Origin: Felis catus
Taxonomy: Eukaryota
Direction: 5' to 3'
Assembly (NCBI RefSeq): GCF_018350175.1
Contig: NC_058368.1
Coordinates: forward strand, 211,174,001-211,238,000
DNA length: 64,000 nt
A program made the translations under genes and the position numbers. This document shows, one piece after another, positions 51,417 through 63,200 of the stretch; positions within the stretch are counted from its first letter, which is position 1, and every line of letters starts with the position of its first letter. Under the pieces are notes generated by a model. It worked only from the letters and a program-made list of their open reading frames with translations, made no database searches and was not told the origin of the DNA.

Positions 51417-51626
51417 ACATTTTCTTTATCCATTCATCCATAGATGGACATTTGGGCTCTTTCCATACTTTGGCTATTGTGTCCCTTCAAAACAACATAC
51501 CTGTATCCCTTGGATAAATACCTAGTAGTGCAATTGCTGGGTTGCAGGGTAGTTCTATTTTTAATTTTTTGAGGAACCTCCAGACTTTTCCAGAGTGGCT
51601 GCACCAGTTTGCATTCCCACCAGCAG
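50913..51626 (-). mobile_element. Felid/carnivore L1 3' fragment containing a fold-back palindrome and (TA)n
   Basis: Antisense 3' UTR; ORF2 tail [21 protein letters not shown]. Confidence 0.93.
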
Positions 51627-52844
51627 ACATTAACAGAGCTTCAAAGAAAAGGCTGGATTATAATGGGGTCTTTTAGGCAGTCAAGGACATTCAGAAATGC
51701 ATTCCAGAAATCCAGGTGTTTATCAGCCCCTCTGCTTAGGCAAACCCATGGAAAACATCCCAAGCCATTTATATTTTGACTTGTAAGTAAATTGGCAGTT
51801 AACATAACTTTGAGTGTCAGCAAAGCAGCAAACTTCCCTTTCAAATCATGTTGTTCTTGTGGTAATATTAAAATTAATTTCTGTCTCTAATGGTGAGTTG
51901 AGAAGCATGGGAATGCAACAATAGGATGTCTGCCAGGCCAAGGATGACAATCATTGTGGATAATCTTCCAAAAAGAGTGTTACAAAGAAAATGAGAAATT
52001 GACTAACCTTTTGAATATTGACTTCTTAATCTTTTTTTCCCTTTGGTGGTCTCAGAGAGGGTTGTCTGGAAGACATAACATCAATTATATGTTGTGCCGT
52101 GAGGTGATGTTACTATTGTAAAGTGGTGAGTCAGCAATGACTTACCAGGTTCTGCCAGGCCAAGGTCATGGTGGCCAGGTATGCAGATATTTGCACAGGC
52201 CCACTCTACCTCTGTGAGCAAATACATTGGTACAGGAAGCCTAGCAACCAATTGAGAGCTAGACCTACTGTTTGTTATGCTAATGGTATGGTAAACTTAT
52301 TAAGAAATATATGGAGAGATCCTTTTATAATTGACAATGACACTCGCTTCTTAAGATATTAAGCATATTTTAGCAGATTTTTCTAAGTGCAGCTGTCTTA
52401 CTTTGGGATACAGAAACGCATCAGTATTCAAAGCTCACTTATAAAGCAACCACATCTTTGTTAGCTTTGTTACCCATCCGTCTTTGAGTTCAAATTAATA
52501 CACATGAACAGCTTCATTGGAAGAATCAGTAGGGTCTCATATCTCTCAGTAATGGGAAGGGCTTGTTGATTAATGGGAAGAACATGTTGCAGAGCTCAAG
52601 GTCAAGTGCTTTTTCAGTGGCTCTGTGAATTAAATAATGTATTATATGTGGCCTTATAAACTATTCGGTCAGTCATCCAACAAGTGCTGTTGAACACCTG
52701 TGAACATACAAATGTGACAGTGTGAGGGAGCTAAAAATGTAGAGGAAGCAAGACAGGTTACTCTGAGACTTTGATGATGGTATTCATGATGGATCAGCCG
52801 TAGGCCAGATGTCAGAGATTCCCACTTATTTGTAGGCCTGCTGC

Positions 52845-53265
52845 TTGGTTAAATATAGTAGCTGCCATCTCAGTCACTACAATGCCCAGCCTCTTTGTAT
52901 CTTGGAAGCTTAATAACCAAGGGTTTACTTGTCACCCAAGTCACAGTTCATTGGGCATCAGCAGGGGATGCAGGATCCTTCCATCTATTGGCTATCCTTG
53001 GCTCTTAGGACCTTTAAGTCTTTAATTTCATCTTCCTCTGGCCAGTAATGGGTGAGAGAAAGAGAGAGAATGAATGAGCAAGTGAGAATGTGTGGAAAGT
53101 TTTAAATACCAGGACCAGATTAGAAGTACATCACTTCTGCTCACTTTCAGACGCCACAACTCAGTCACCTGATCCCACCTAATTACAAGGGCTTCAATGA
53201 GGTGATCTTTAACTATGTGCCCAGAAAGAAAAGGAGGATCAAATTTCTGATGGACAGCAGAAGTT
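52845..53265 (-). mobile_element. Old MLT1-type LTR remnant
   Basis: ttggttaaatatagtagctg...gcttaataac...agaagtacatcacttctgctcac...actatgtgcccagaaagaaaagga. Confidence 0.55.
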
Positions 53266-53692
53266 TTTATCATTCCTGGGAATGGTCTTCCAGGATTCTG
53301 AGATGGTAGGGAAAAGTAAATAAAGAGGAAAAATGCTTTCACACATTCTTGAGAATTTCTTCTTAGGCATGTTAACTTTCTCAGGTATGCACACAGCCTA
53401 CTGTCAATGCTTTAAAGATTCTCCCATCAGGCACTTGACCATTGCATTTCATCTTTCCAAGCCTCAGTTGCCCCATATAGAAAAGTGAGAGGTTGGGTCC
53501 GAATCTTTTCAAGCCCTTTTTCCTTTCATATCCAAAATTCTAGAACTTCTGCTATCCATTTTCTTCTGAGACAAATAAGCAGGGAGGCAGGAAGCCAATG
53601 CCACTAGGGCAATAATTTATTTTTTATTTTAACTTTAATTTCTGTTCTTACTTCCCAAGCCCAGGTTTCTAGAAATTAAAATGTATATAATA

Positions 53693-53885
53693 GGGGCACC
53701 TGGGTGGCTCAGTAGTTAAGCATCTGACTTTGGCTCAGGTCATGACCTCACCGTTCATGAGTTTGAGCCCTGCTTCAGGTGAGCTTGAGCCCCAGTCTGA
53801 CCTCTGCGCTGACAGTGCAGAGCCTGCATGGGATTCTATCCCTCTCTCTCTGCCCCTCACTCACTTGCAACCGCTCTCAAAAAAA

Positions 53886-53935
<50 letters not shown>
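53693..53935 (+). mobile_element. CAN-SINE with (TA)n expansion at the tail
   Basis: ggggcacctgggtggctcag head; about 23 TA units; TSD tataatag. Confidence 0.94.
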
Positions 53936-53941
<6 letters not shown>

Positions 53942-54114
53942 GACAAGGTTGTTACCAATATAATAGTGATTTTTTATAGGAAAATAAAGTTTTGTGTGTG
54001 GGTGAATAGCACATTCACACACACGTATATAACACACACAAAGGTTCCTCTCTGAAAAAAATAATCTTGTTTGAACAGTCTTGCAAAACATATTCTCCTC
54101 CTACTCTCCTGCCC

Positions 54115-54580
54115 TGTGTTAGTCAGTTTTGTAGTGATAACATACCGTACTATTTCAGTGGCTTACAACAACATTTGCTTTTTGCTCACTTTATGTAAAA
54201 ACAGAGGATCCGCTATGGGCTGGCAGTGGCTGTGCTAGGATGGGATGGACTCTGCTAGGCTTATCTAGGTTCCACCTGTCTTCTCATTCTAGAACCCAGA
54301 CTAAGGGAGTAGCCACTATCTGGGACATCCTGAGGGCATGTGGAGAACAAGAACAAGAAGGCCTAAGCCAAATCATGCAATTGTTTAAGACTTCTGTTCA
54401 CACAGCAAAAACAATTACAACCATTCACGTTCCATTGACCAAAGCTTTCCACATGGCATTGAAATGGGATGTGTGTTCCTCCCACAGGATATAGGATTAT
54501 GTTCAATGACAATGGATGGCAATATGCAATCCTGTGACTGTGAGAGAGAAAGTATTTGAGGATTATAATCCAGTCTGTTT
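54115..54580 (-). mobile_element. Old MLT1-type LTR remnant
   Basis: tgtgttagtcag...tcagtggcttacaacaac...cacgttccattgaccaaagc. Confidence 0.6.
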
Positions 54581-54729
54581 ATACTCCCACTACCTCCATT
54601 GAAGTTCTAAATGCAACACTTTTCATGGAGACGAAACCACTGTACTTCCCTCCTTCTGTGGTGGAAAGTTCTTGGGTTAGAGACAGTTAGGAGGGAGAAG
54701 CCATCAGCCCCAGGGAAATAGAGGGATTA

Positions 54730-54965
54730 GCTAGTCCTCATTATAGGCTGGCACTGTTTTAAGCTCATTGCCAGAAGTGACTCATCTGATCTTCATAACA
54801 GCTTTATGAAGTCGGTCCTAGTATTATTCCCATTTTACAGAAGAGGAAACTAAGGCACAAAGAAGTTAAGTAAGTTGCCTGTGAACACACATCTCGTGAG
54901 TGGCAGAAACAGGATTCGAACCCAGATGTTCTGGCTCCAAAATCCCTGCTCGTAAACACAATGAA
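54730..54965 (-). mobile_element. MIR, well preserved
   Basis: attattcccattttacagaagaggaaactaaggcacaaagaagttaagtaagttgcc...ggattcgaacccag. Confidence 0.9.
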
Positions 54966-55139
54966 GGGAAGAGAAATGGATGGTTCCGACGCCATGGGTG
55001 AGCTGGTTGCTAGTAAGCTATGCTTTTAGGGGAGACATAATAATAATGTCTGAAAGGGGCAGACAATATTTCAGTAAGACATTGCAAGTATGTTTTTCAA
55101 AACATACCAAAAAACTGGACATTCTCGGATTGTTGGGAT

Positions 55140-55400
55140 ATAGGCCACTGTCCTAGGCACCATCCTGCATAATCTCTTCTCTCATGGAGTATACACATTA
55201 GTGGAGGGAGACACACTATTGACAAATAGCTAAGGAAAAAATATCATAGGTCATATGATGTTAAGTGCCATGGAAAACAATTAAGCGGGACCAGGGAATG
55301 AAGAATACAGAGCAGTGCTGGAAATGGATTGCAATTTAAAGATTGTGGTCAGTGCAAACCTTGCTAATGTGACATTTGAACAATGGTACAAAAGAAGTAA
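55140..55400 (-). mobile_element. L2 remnant
   Basis: taggccactgtcctaggcac...ctctcatggagtatacacattagtggagggagac...gtgacatttgaaca. Confidence 0.55.
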
Positions 55401-56005
55401 GGGAGATCAGTGTTTGATGAATGAATAAATGACTGCTCAAGCAGATCTAGCTATCCCCATGAGCCTTAACAAAAAAAAAAAAAAAAAGGATTATTTATTA
55501 CTTTACATACCCACCCAAGCTATCCTCTCCCCTGGTGTAACTCAAGCTCCTCTTCTCTCTCAACTGGCTGTGGCAACACCCATTCCACCAAAGGATTTCC
55601 TACAGGACAGAAGGGGATATTGGGAATATGCAGAGGTCATTGTTCACATTGTTCTGGGGTGGCGGGGAGTGGGGAGGGTAGGATGAGAGGAGAGGGGTTG
55701 ATTTAGGTTGTTGTTAGTACATCTAATATTGCATCTCAGAGAAGGCTGAGCATATTTTGCTCAACGAGGTAGTGAGCCAGATACAAAAACAGACGAAGCT
55801 AATAGAATTACTGATCAATGAGCAAATGAGAGAGTGCGAAGACTTTGGTGGTGTGCAGAGATTAACCTGACTAATATCAAGACTGCAAAAGGAGAAGAGT
55901 ATTTGCTTTCCTGCTCTCCCTCTCTCTAGGAATGAGAGGGGTCCAATCAGGAGGAGCCAGGACATACAAAGCAACCATCCCCCCAAGAACTTTCAAGAAG
56001 TTCCA

Positions 56006-56211
56006 GGGGCACCTGGTGGCTCAGAGGTTAAGTGTCCCACTCTTGGTTTCAGCTCAGGTCATGATCTCCCAGTTGGTAGGTTCGAGCCCTGCATCGGGCT
56101 CTGCACTGACAGAGTGAAGCTTGCTTGGGATTTTCTCTTTCCCTTTCTTTCTCTGCCACTCCCTTGCTCATGCTCTCTCTCTCAAAATAAATAAACTTAA
56201 AAATTAAAACC
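56006..56211 (+). mobile_element. CAN-SINE
   Basis: ggggcacctggtggctcag head, aaaataaataaac tail; TSD aagttcc. Confidence 0.93.
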
Positions 56212-56574
56212 AAGTTCCTTATGTGGCCCTAATGGAAATCCTGGATTGAAAACCACTGATTTCTGTGTAGCAGCTATATAAAACACAATCCACAATTTAT
56301 GGTGTTTTTTTTAAACGTTATTAGTTGATAGAGGATCTCAAAAGAAACTAATTACCGTGAAAATCAGACCAACGTTTTCCACCGTCTGTCCAAAGCGTGC
56401 CCTTGTTGGGGAGGGTTGCAACTCACTCACATGTTATCCTTGCCTTCAAGCCAAGCAGGCTGCGCAAACACAAGCCTCCCTCCAGTCAGAGATGCTGCTG
56501 GGATGCTGTAGCCAGTGAGTGGAAGTGGTGTAAGCGATGCCTCCAGCCATGGGGATGCATTCAGCGCTCTGCTT

Positions 56575-56784
56575 ATTTTTTTTTTTAATGTTCACTTATT
56601 TTTGAGAAAAAGAGAGTGCGTGTGGGAGAGGCAGAGAGAGAGAAGGAGACAGAGGATCTGAGTCATGCTCCTCGCACTGACAGCAGAGATCCCAATGCGG
56701 GGCTCAAACTCACAAACCCTGAGATCATGACCTGAAATCGGCTGAAATCCGATGCTCAGCTGACTGAGCCACCCAGGTGTCCCC
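56575..56784 (-). mobile_element. CAN-SINE
   Basis: TSD agcgctctgctt at 56563-56574 and 56785-56796. Confidence 0.94.
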
Positions 56785-58689
56785 AGCGCTCTGCTTTATT
56801 AAAGGGACTCCAGTGCAAAGGCACATGCAGGACAGGTGGCAGTTCACAGGCGGCAGGAGCCAGAAGAGCTTTCTACCGAAACCCCTGTATGTGATACCAA
56901 TCCAGGGTCCACTCCAGCTTAGACAAACGCAGCCTCTGCGGATCATCTGCCTCTCACAGCATGGCACACGCCTCCTGCTGGATGCGTCTTCACAGAGCAC
57001 AGTCTTCACCAACTTCTCCCCGGGTGGCACCTCTGGGAGTCCTGGGAGAGGAGGGAGGGAGGGCATCTGTAATCAGAGGTGGGCATTTTATATCGGTCTC
57101 TGTATTGTTTCTAATAACTTGCACACAGCCATGATGTCCTGACTAAACTGCTGGGCTCTCATGGGATGGTCATTTTATGTAAAACTAGTTCTCTTGTGGC
57201 AAGTTCCAGAAGTTTCCCACCAAAGGATATCTCACAATAGGGAATAAGATGGAAAACTGAGAAGCGATAAAATGTGAACTGGATAATTGCAGTGATAAAA
57301 AATAATAACGGATGGTCACGTGAGCAAGGGCCCTGCTATGGAAGTTCACAGGCAAATGTGTAAATATGTTGTCTGGGTTCTGGACAGATAAACATGTGGG
57401 CACACGTTTGCATGCGGGCACACGTTTGCATGCCTTCGTTTCCCACACTCAGACCGGGGTTCCCGAGCACTACTTCTCCAGCTTTGCGGGTCTGCCTCAA
57501 AGAGCCGCTGCCACGTTCTCCTTAAAGCTTCTTCCCTCCTCTCTCAAAGACAGAAGACTAAGCTGGCTCCACATCTGGTGTTTGATAACACTAACATAGG
57601 ACCCGTTCTCTTGTATGCAAAGTGTCATCCCGTATCTTGGATTCACTTATTCATTCTACAGGCAGTCACTGACCGTTGACTTTGGGCAAAGTTTACATAA
57701 TGGTCTTAATCTTGAGCCTTAGTCTCCACCTCCTGATGCTCTCCCCACCCTACACAAAGTATGTCTTCTGGTTTCCAAACTAAATGTTGGCATTCTGTAT
57801 TGGAAAGATGAGCGGGACTCCTGGAAATCAAAGCGTACCTATGGGGTTCTCTCCCTGTTATTTTAGCCTCAGGCCATGTAACCCCGGTGGAACAGCAGGT
57901 AAAGAGACCTGGCGGGCAGAGAACCCCAACCAGGCAGACCCCAAAGGAGGCACCTAATACATTTCCTAACGCTAAAAACAATGGATCAATGCATGTAAAA
58001 TTTGTTCCCAAGAAGTAAATCTTTTTACATTTTTAGGACAAGAGAGACATTTGAAATTTGATTTGCATTCAAGTCAGGAGATGTGGCAGGCAGTGTCCTA
58101 ACCATTTATGGTGGCAGACTCAAAATGAGGGGGGGGAAGGCAAGAGGATCTGAGGTGCTCAGAGCTTCCTGACCATCGGAGACTTGTTTTTTTTTTTTTA
58201 ATTTCCTGTATTCTTGTTCAAAGTTTCTTCTTAGAGTTAATAAACTCAAAAGTGTTGAGACTTGAAATTGATTCATATCTGTACAACATTCTTAATTGTG
58301 AAAATACTCTTTACTGGGTATCTAGTAAGCTCAGAAAAATACAGCAAATGGATGATAGTTTTTGTTCTGACTTTTTCTTAGTGTAAAATTTAAATATATA
58401 AGAATGTAAATATTCAGAATAACTTACTTGAAACACATTTTACCCAACAAAACTCATCAGGTAATTTGTTCTTATTTACTATTTACTATTTACTATTTTT
58501 TTCATTGTTCCATCCAATTTATATGCTGCAAAATTGTGGGCTTTTTCTATTTCATCCCTTTTTGGTAAATAAGGTAAATATATCCATTTAAAATCAGGAG
58601 CTTCATCAAATTTTATTTTCTAATTTCTTATGTCTTTTATTCAATGCGTTTAAACCAACCAACCAAAAAAATAAATAAATAAATAAAAC

Positions 58690-58845
58690 CAGTTCACCCA
58701 TTTTTCCCACCCCCATCCCTCCACCTCTGGCAACCACCAATCTGTTCTCTACATCTAGGAGCTTAATTTTATAGATATAGATAGATGACAGATATTTTTT
58801 TTAGATTCCATATATAAGAGAGATCACATGGTATTTGCCTTGCCA
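58690..58845 (-). mobile_element. Old L1 3' UTR fragment
   Basis: cctctggcaaccaccaatctgttctct...ttagattccatatataagagagatcacatggtatttg. Confidence 0.7.
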
Positions 58846-58889
58846 TGTGAGTTTTGATCAGTCTTAACAAAATCCACAGTTTGCCAAAG

Positions 58890-59360
58890 CCTGGAACAAC
58901 TCAAATATCCATCAAGTGGAGAATGAATAAATAAGTTTATTTATGGTCTTTCATTCAATATGACATTAGGGAAGATAAATAAGATGCAGTGAAAATGAAT
59001 TTTGTAAAATGACAAAAATTATAAAATTTTGTAAATTTTGTAAAAGGGTAAGTCATTCAGCATCGTGGAATTAAAGAAATTAAAGAAGCCAGACACACAA
59101 GCTCAGAAAAGGCATGTTGTGTGATTCCAATTCTATAAAGTCCAAAAGTAGGCAAAAGTCAACTGTGGTGTTAGAAGTCAGAGGAATGGTTTCTGTTGAG
59201 TGGGTAGAGATTGGGAGGAGACGCTAGGGGGCCTTTTGGGGTGCTATTAGTGGTGTATTTGTTAACCTGGTTATAACATGGGCATATTCACTTTGCAATA
59301 ATTCATTGAAGAGAATACTTATGATTTGGGCAAATCTTATGTGTGACAGTCTTTAAAGAA
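58890..59360 (+). mobile_element. L1ME-like 3' remnant
   Basis: ctggaacaactcaaatatccatcaa...tgtgtgattccaattctataaagtccaaaagtaggcaaaa. Confidence 0.7.
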
Positions 59361-60211
59361 ATCCAAATCTTGAATTGGGCCCTACTTGTATCCATCAAGA
59401 ATTGAGCTTGCCATAGCTACGTAGGTCCTCAGAACAACTGCCTAGCATGATGATCCACTTCTAGAGTCAGGGGAAGTGAGTCAAAATTCTGAATAGAACA
59501 CTGGGGCAATAGTGGCAGATGAGGCAGGCCAGGTTGGGTACTGCACTCAGGGGATCACCAGGTTTTGGGGAGCAAGTCCCACAGAGCAGTAGAGCTGAAA
59601 TCCCCTGCATTCAAGATTGGTTCAGGGGCTAAGTAGGGCAGAATATGCAGATGGTGAGTACACAGTAGGTCTACCAGTGGATAGACAATGGGGAGTGGTG
59701 CATTGGGAACTGAGAGCTGTTATTTTTAACTCTCAGGGGCCACATGGCCTCCCCTCCTATGGTTCACCCTTTCCACTCTGGATAGTGGGATCAGCCCACA
59801 CCGTGGAACTGTGGCCCTGATCTTCCATCCAGGGAGAGTAGGTCTTGTTTCTTAGAAAGGCAAGCTGTGAGGCCTAAATTTCCAGACTTTTTTTTTCCAA
59901 CTGTTGGCGTGTGTAGAAGAGACTTGGCTTAATGGAAGAGGGTGATGAAGGGAAGCTTTCAGAAAACATGGCCTGGACAGCATCAGCATTGATGCAGAAC
60001 AAAAATGAGGAAGAAGGGAGATTTTGTGGAGATCATACCACCGTGGGACATAGCATTGTGGGAAAGTATATTTGAATAAGATAATCGGAGGTGGGAGAGC
60101 ATAAAGATGGGGTGGGGCGTGGTCTTTGAGGATTCAGAAGCAAGGCAGCTGGTCATGGACAACGTGTGGCTGACTTCCTACAAACCTGCTCTTCATTTCC
60201 AAATCTTGAAC

Positions 60212-63200
60212 TTTTATTTTTATTTTTATTTTTTGAGGGTTTTTTTTTAAATATAATTTATTGACAAGTTGGCTAACATACAGTGTATACAGTGTGCTCT
60301 TGGTTTTAGGGATAGATTCTCATGATTCATTGCTTACATACGACACCCAGTGCTCATCCCAACAAGTGCCCTCCTCAATGCCCATCACCCATTTTTCCCT
60401 TTCCCTGGCCCCACTCCATCAACCCTCAGTTTGTTCTCTGTATTTCAGAGTCTCTTATGGTTTGTCTCTCTCTTTTTGAAACTATTTTTTCCTCTTCCCT
60501 TCCCCCATGATCTTCTGTTAAGTTTCTCAAGTTCCACATATGAATGAAAACATATGATATCTGTCTTTCTCTGACTGATTTATTTTACTTAGCATAATAC
60601 CCTCCAGTTCCATCCACGTTGTTGCAAATGGCAGGATTTATTCTTTCTCATTGCCAAGTAGTATTCCATCGTATATATAAACCACATATTCTTTATCAAT
60701 TGATGGACATTTGGGCTCTTTCCATCATTTGGCTATTGTTGATAGCACTGCTATAAACATTGGGGGTACATGTGCCCCTATGAATCAGCACTCCTGTATC
60801 CTTTGGATAAATTTAGTAGTGCTATTGCTGGGTCATAGGGTAATTCTATTTTTAGTTTTTTGAGGAACCTCCACACTGTTTTTCAGAGCAACTGCACCAC
60901 TTTGCATTCCCACCAACAGTGCAAGAGGGTTCCCATTTCTCCACATCTTCACCAACATCTGTTTCCTGAGTTCTTAATTTTAGCCACTCTGACTGGTGTG
61001 AGGTGGTATCTCAATGTGATTTTGATTTATATTTCCCTGATGATGAGTGATGGTGAGCATGTTTTCATGTGTCTGTTGGCCATCTGGATGTCTTTTTTGG
61101 AAAAGTGTCTATTCATATCTTCCGCCCATTTCTTCACTGAATTATTTGTTTTTCAGGTGTTGAGTTTGGTAAGTTCTTTTTAGATTTTGGTTACTAACCC
61201 TTTATCCGATATGTCGTTTGCAAATATCTTCTCCCGTTCCATCGGTTGCCTTTTAGTTTTGTTGATTGTTCTCTTTGCTGTGCAGGAACTTTTTACCTTG
61301 ATGAGATCCCAATAGTTCATTTTTGCTTCTATTTCCCTTGCCTTTGGAGACTTGTCAAGCAAGAAATTGCTGCAGCCGAAGTCAAAGAGGTTGCTTTCTC
61401 CTCCAGGGTTTTGATGGTTTCCTGTCTCACATTTAGGTCTTTCATCCATTTTGAGTTAATTTTTGTGTAGGGTGTAAGAAAGTTGTCCAGTTTCATTCTT
61501 CTGCATGTTGCTGTCCAATTCTCCCAGCACCATTTGCTAAAGAGACTGTCTTTTTTTCGTTGGATATTCTTTCCTACTTTGTTAAAAATCAGTTGGCCAT
61601 ACATCTGTGGGTCCAATTCTGGGTTTTCTTTTCTGTTCCATTGATCTATGCGTCTGTTTTTATGCTAATACCATACTGTCTTGATGATTACAGCTAGACA
61701 GCCTTTAGTAGAGGCTAAAATCCAGGATTGTGATGCCTCCCACTTGGTTTTCTTTTTCAACATTACTTTGGTTATTTGAGGTCTTTTAGGTTCCATACAA
61801 ATTTTAGGATTGTTTGTTCTAGCTTTGAGAAGAATGCCAGTGTAATTTGGAGGGGAATGAATTGAATGTATAGATTGCTTTGGGTAGTATTGACATGTTA
61901 ACAATATTTGTTCTTCCAATCCATGAGCATGGGATGTTTTTCCATTTCTTTGTGTCTTCCTCAATTTCTTTCATAAGTTTATTAAAGTTTTCATCATACA
62001 GATCTTTTACATCTTTGGTTAGGTTTATTCCCAGGTATTTTATGGCTTTTGTTGCAACTGAAAATGGGATCAATTTCTTGATTTCTCTTTCTGTTGTTTC
62101 ATTATTGATGTATAGAAATGCTACCGATTTCTGTATACTGATTTTGTATCCTGTGACTTTGCTGAATTCATGTATCAGTTCTAGCAGCTTTTCAGTGGAA
62201 TCTTTCGGGTTTTCCATGTAGAGTAGCATGTCGTCTGCAAAAAAGTGAAAGTTTGACTTCTTCTTTGCCAATTTGGATGCTTTTTTTATTTCATTTTGTT
62301 GTCTGATTGCTGATACCAGGACTTCCAACACTATGTTAAACAACAGTGGTGAAAGTGGACATCCCTGTCGTGTTCCTGAGGAAAGCTCTCATTTTTTCCC
62401 CCATTGAAGATGATACTAGCCATGGCCTTTTCATATATGACTTTTATGATGTTAAGGTATGTTCCTTCTATCCCGACTTTCTTGAAGGTTTTTGTTAAGA
62501 AAGGATGCTGTATTTTGTCAAATGCTTTTTCTGCATCTATTGACAGATCACATCGTTGTTACCCTTTCTTCTATTAATGTGATGTATCACATTGATTGAT
62601 TTGCGAATATCAAACCAGCTATCCAGACCAGGAATGAATCCCACTTGATCATGGTGAATAATTCTTTTAATATGCTGTTGAATTTGATCTGCTAGTATCT
62701 TGTTGAGAATTTTTGCATCCATATTCATCACGGACATTGGCCTGTAATTCTCCTTTGTAGTGGGATCTCTGTCTTGTTTGGGAATCAAGGTAGTGCTGGT
62801 TTTGTAGTATGGGTCTGGAAGCTTTTCCTTCCATATCTATTTTTTGGAACAGCCTGAGAAGGATAGGTATTAACTCTGCTTTAAATGCCTTGTAGAATTC
62901 CCCTGGGAAGCCATCTGCCAGGACTTTTATTTGTTGGGAGATTTTTGATAACCAATTCAATTTCTTCACTGGTTATGGGTCTTTCCAAATTTTCTATCTC
63001 TTCCCAATTGATTTTGGTAGTGTGTGCGTGTCTAAGAATTTGTCCATTTCTTCCAGATTGTCCAGTCTGTTAGCATATAATTTTTCATAGTATTCTCCAA
63101 TAATTGTTTGTATTTCTTTCATGTTGGTTATGACCTATCCTCTTTCATCTGTGATTTTACCTATTTGGGTTCTCTCTCTTTTTGAGAAGTCTGGCTAGGG

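Noticed and set aside
57850..57905. Possible 32-nt + strand exon (ttttag|...cag|gtaaag)
   Set aside because: Weak donor and no supporting evidence
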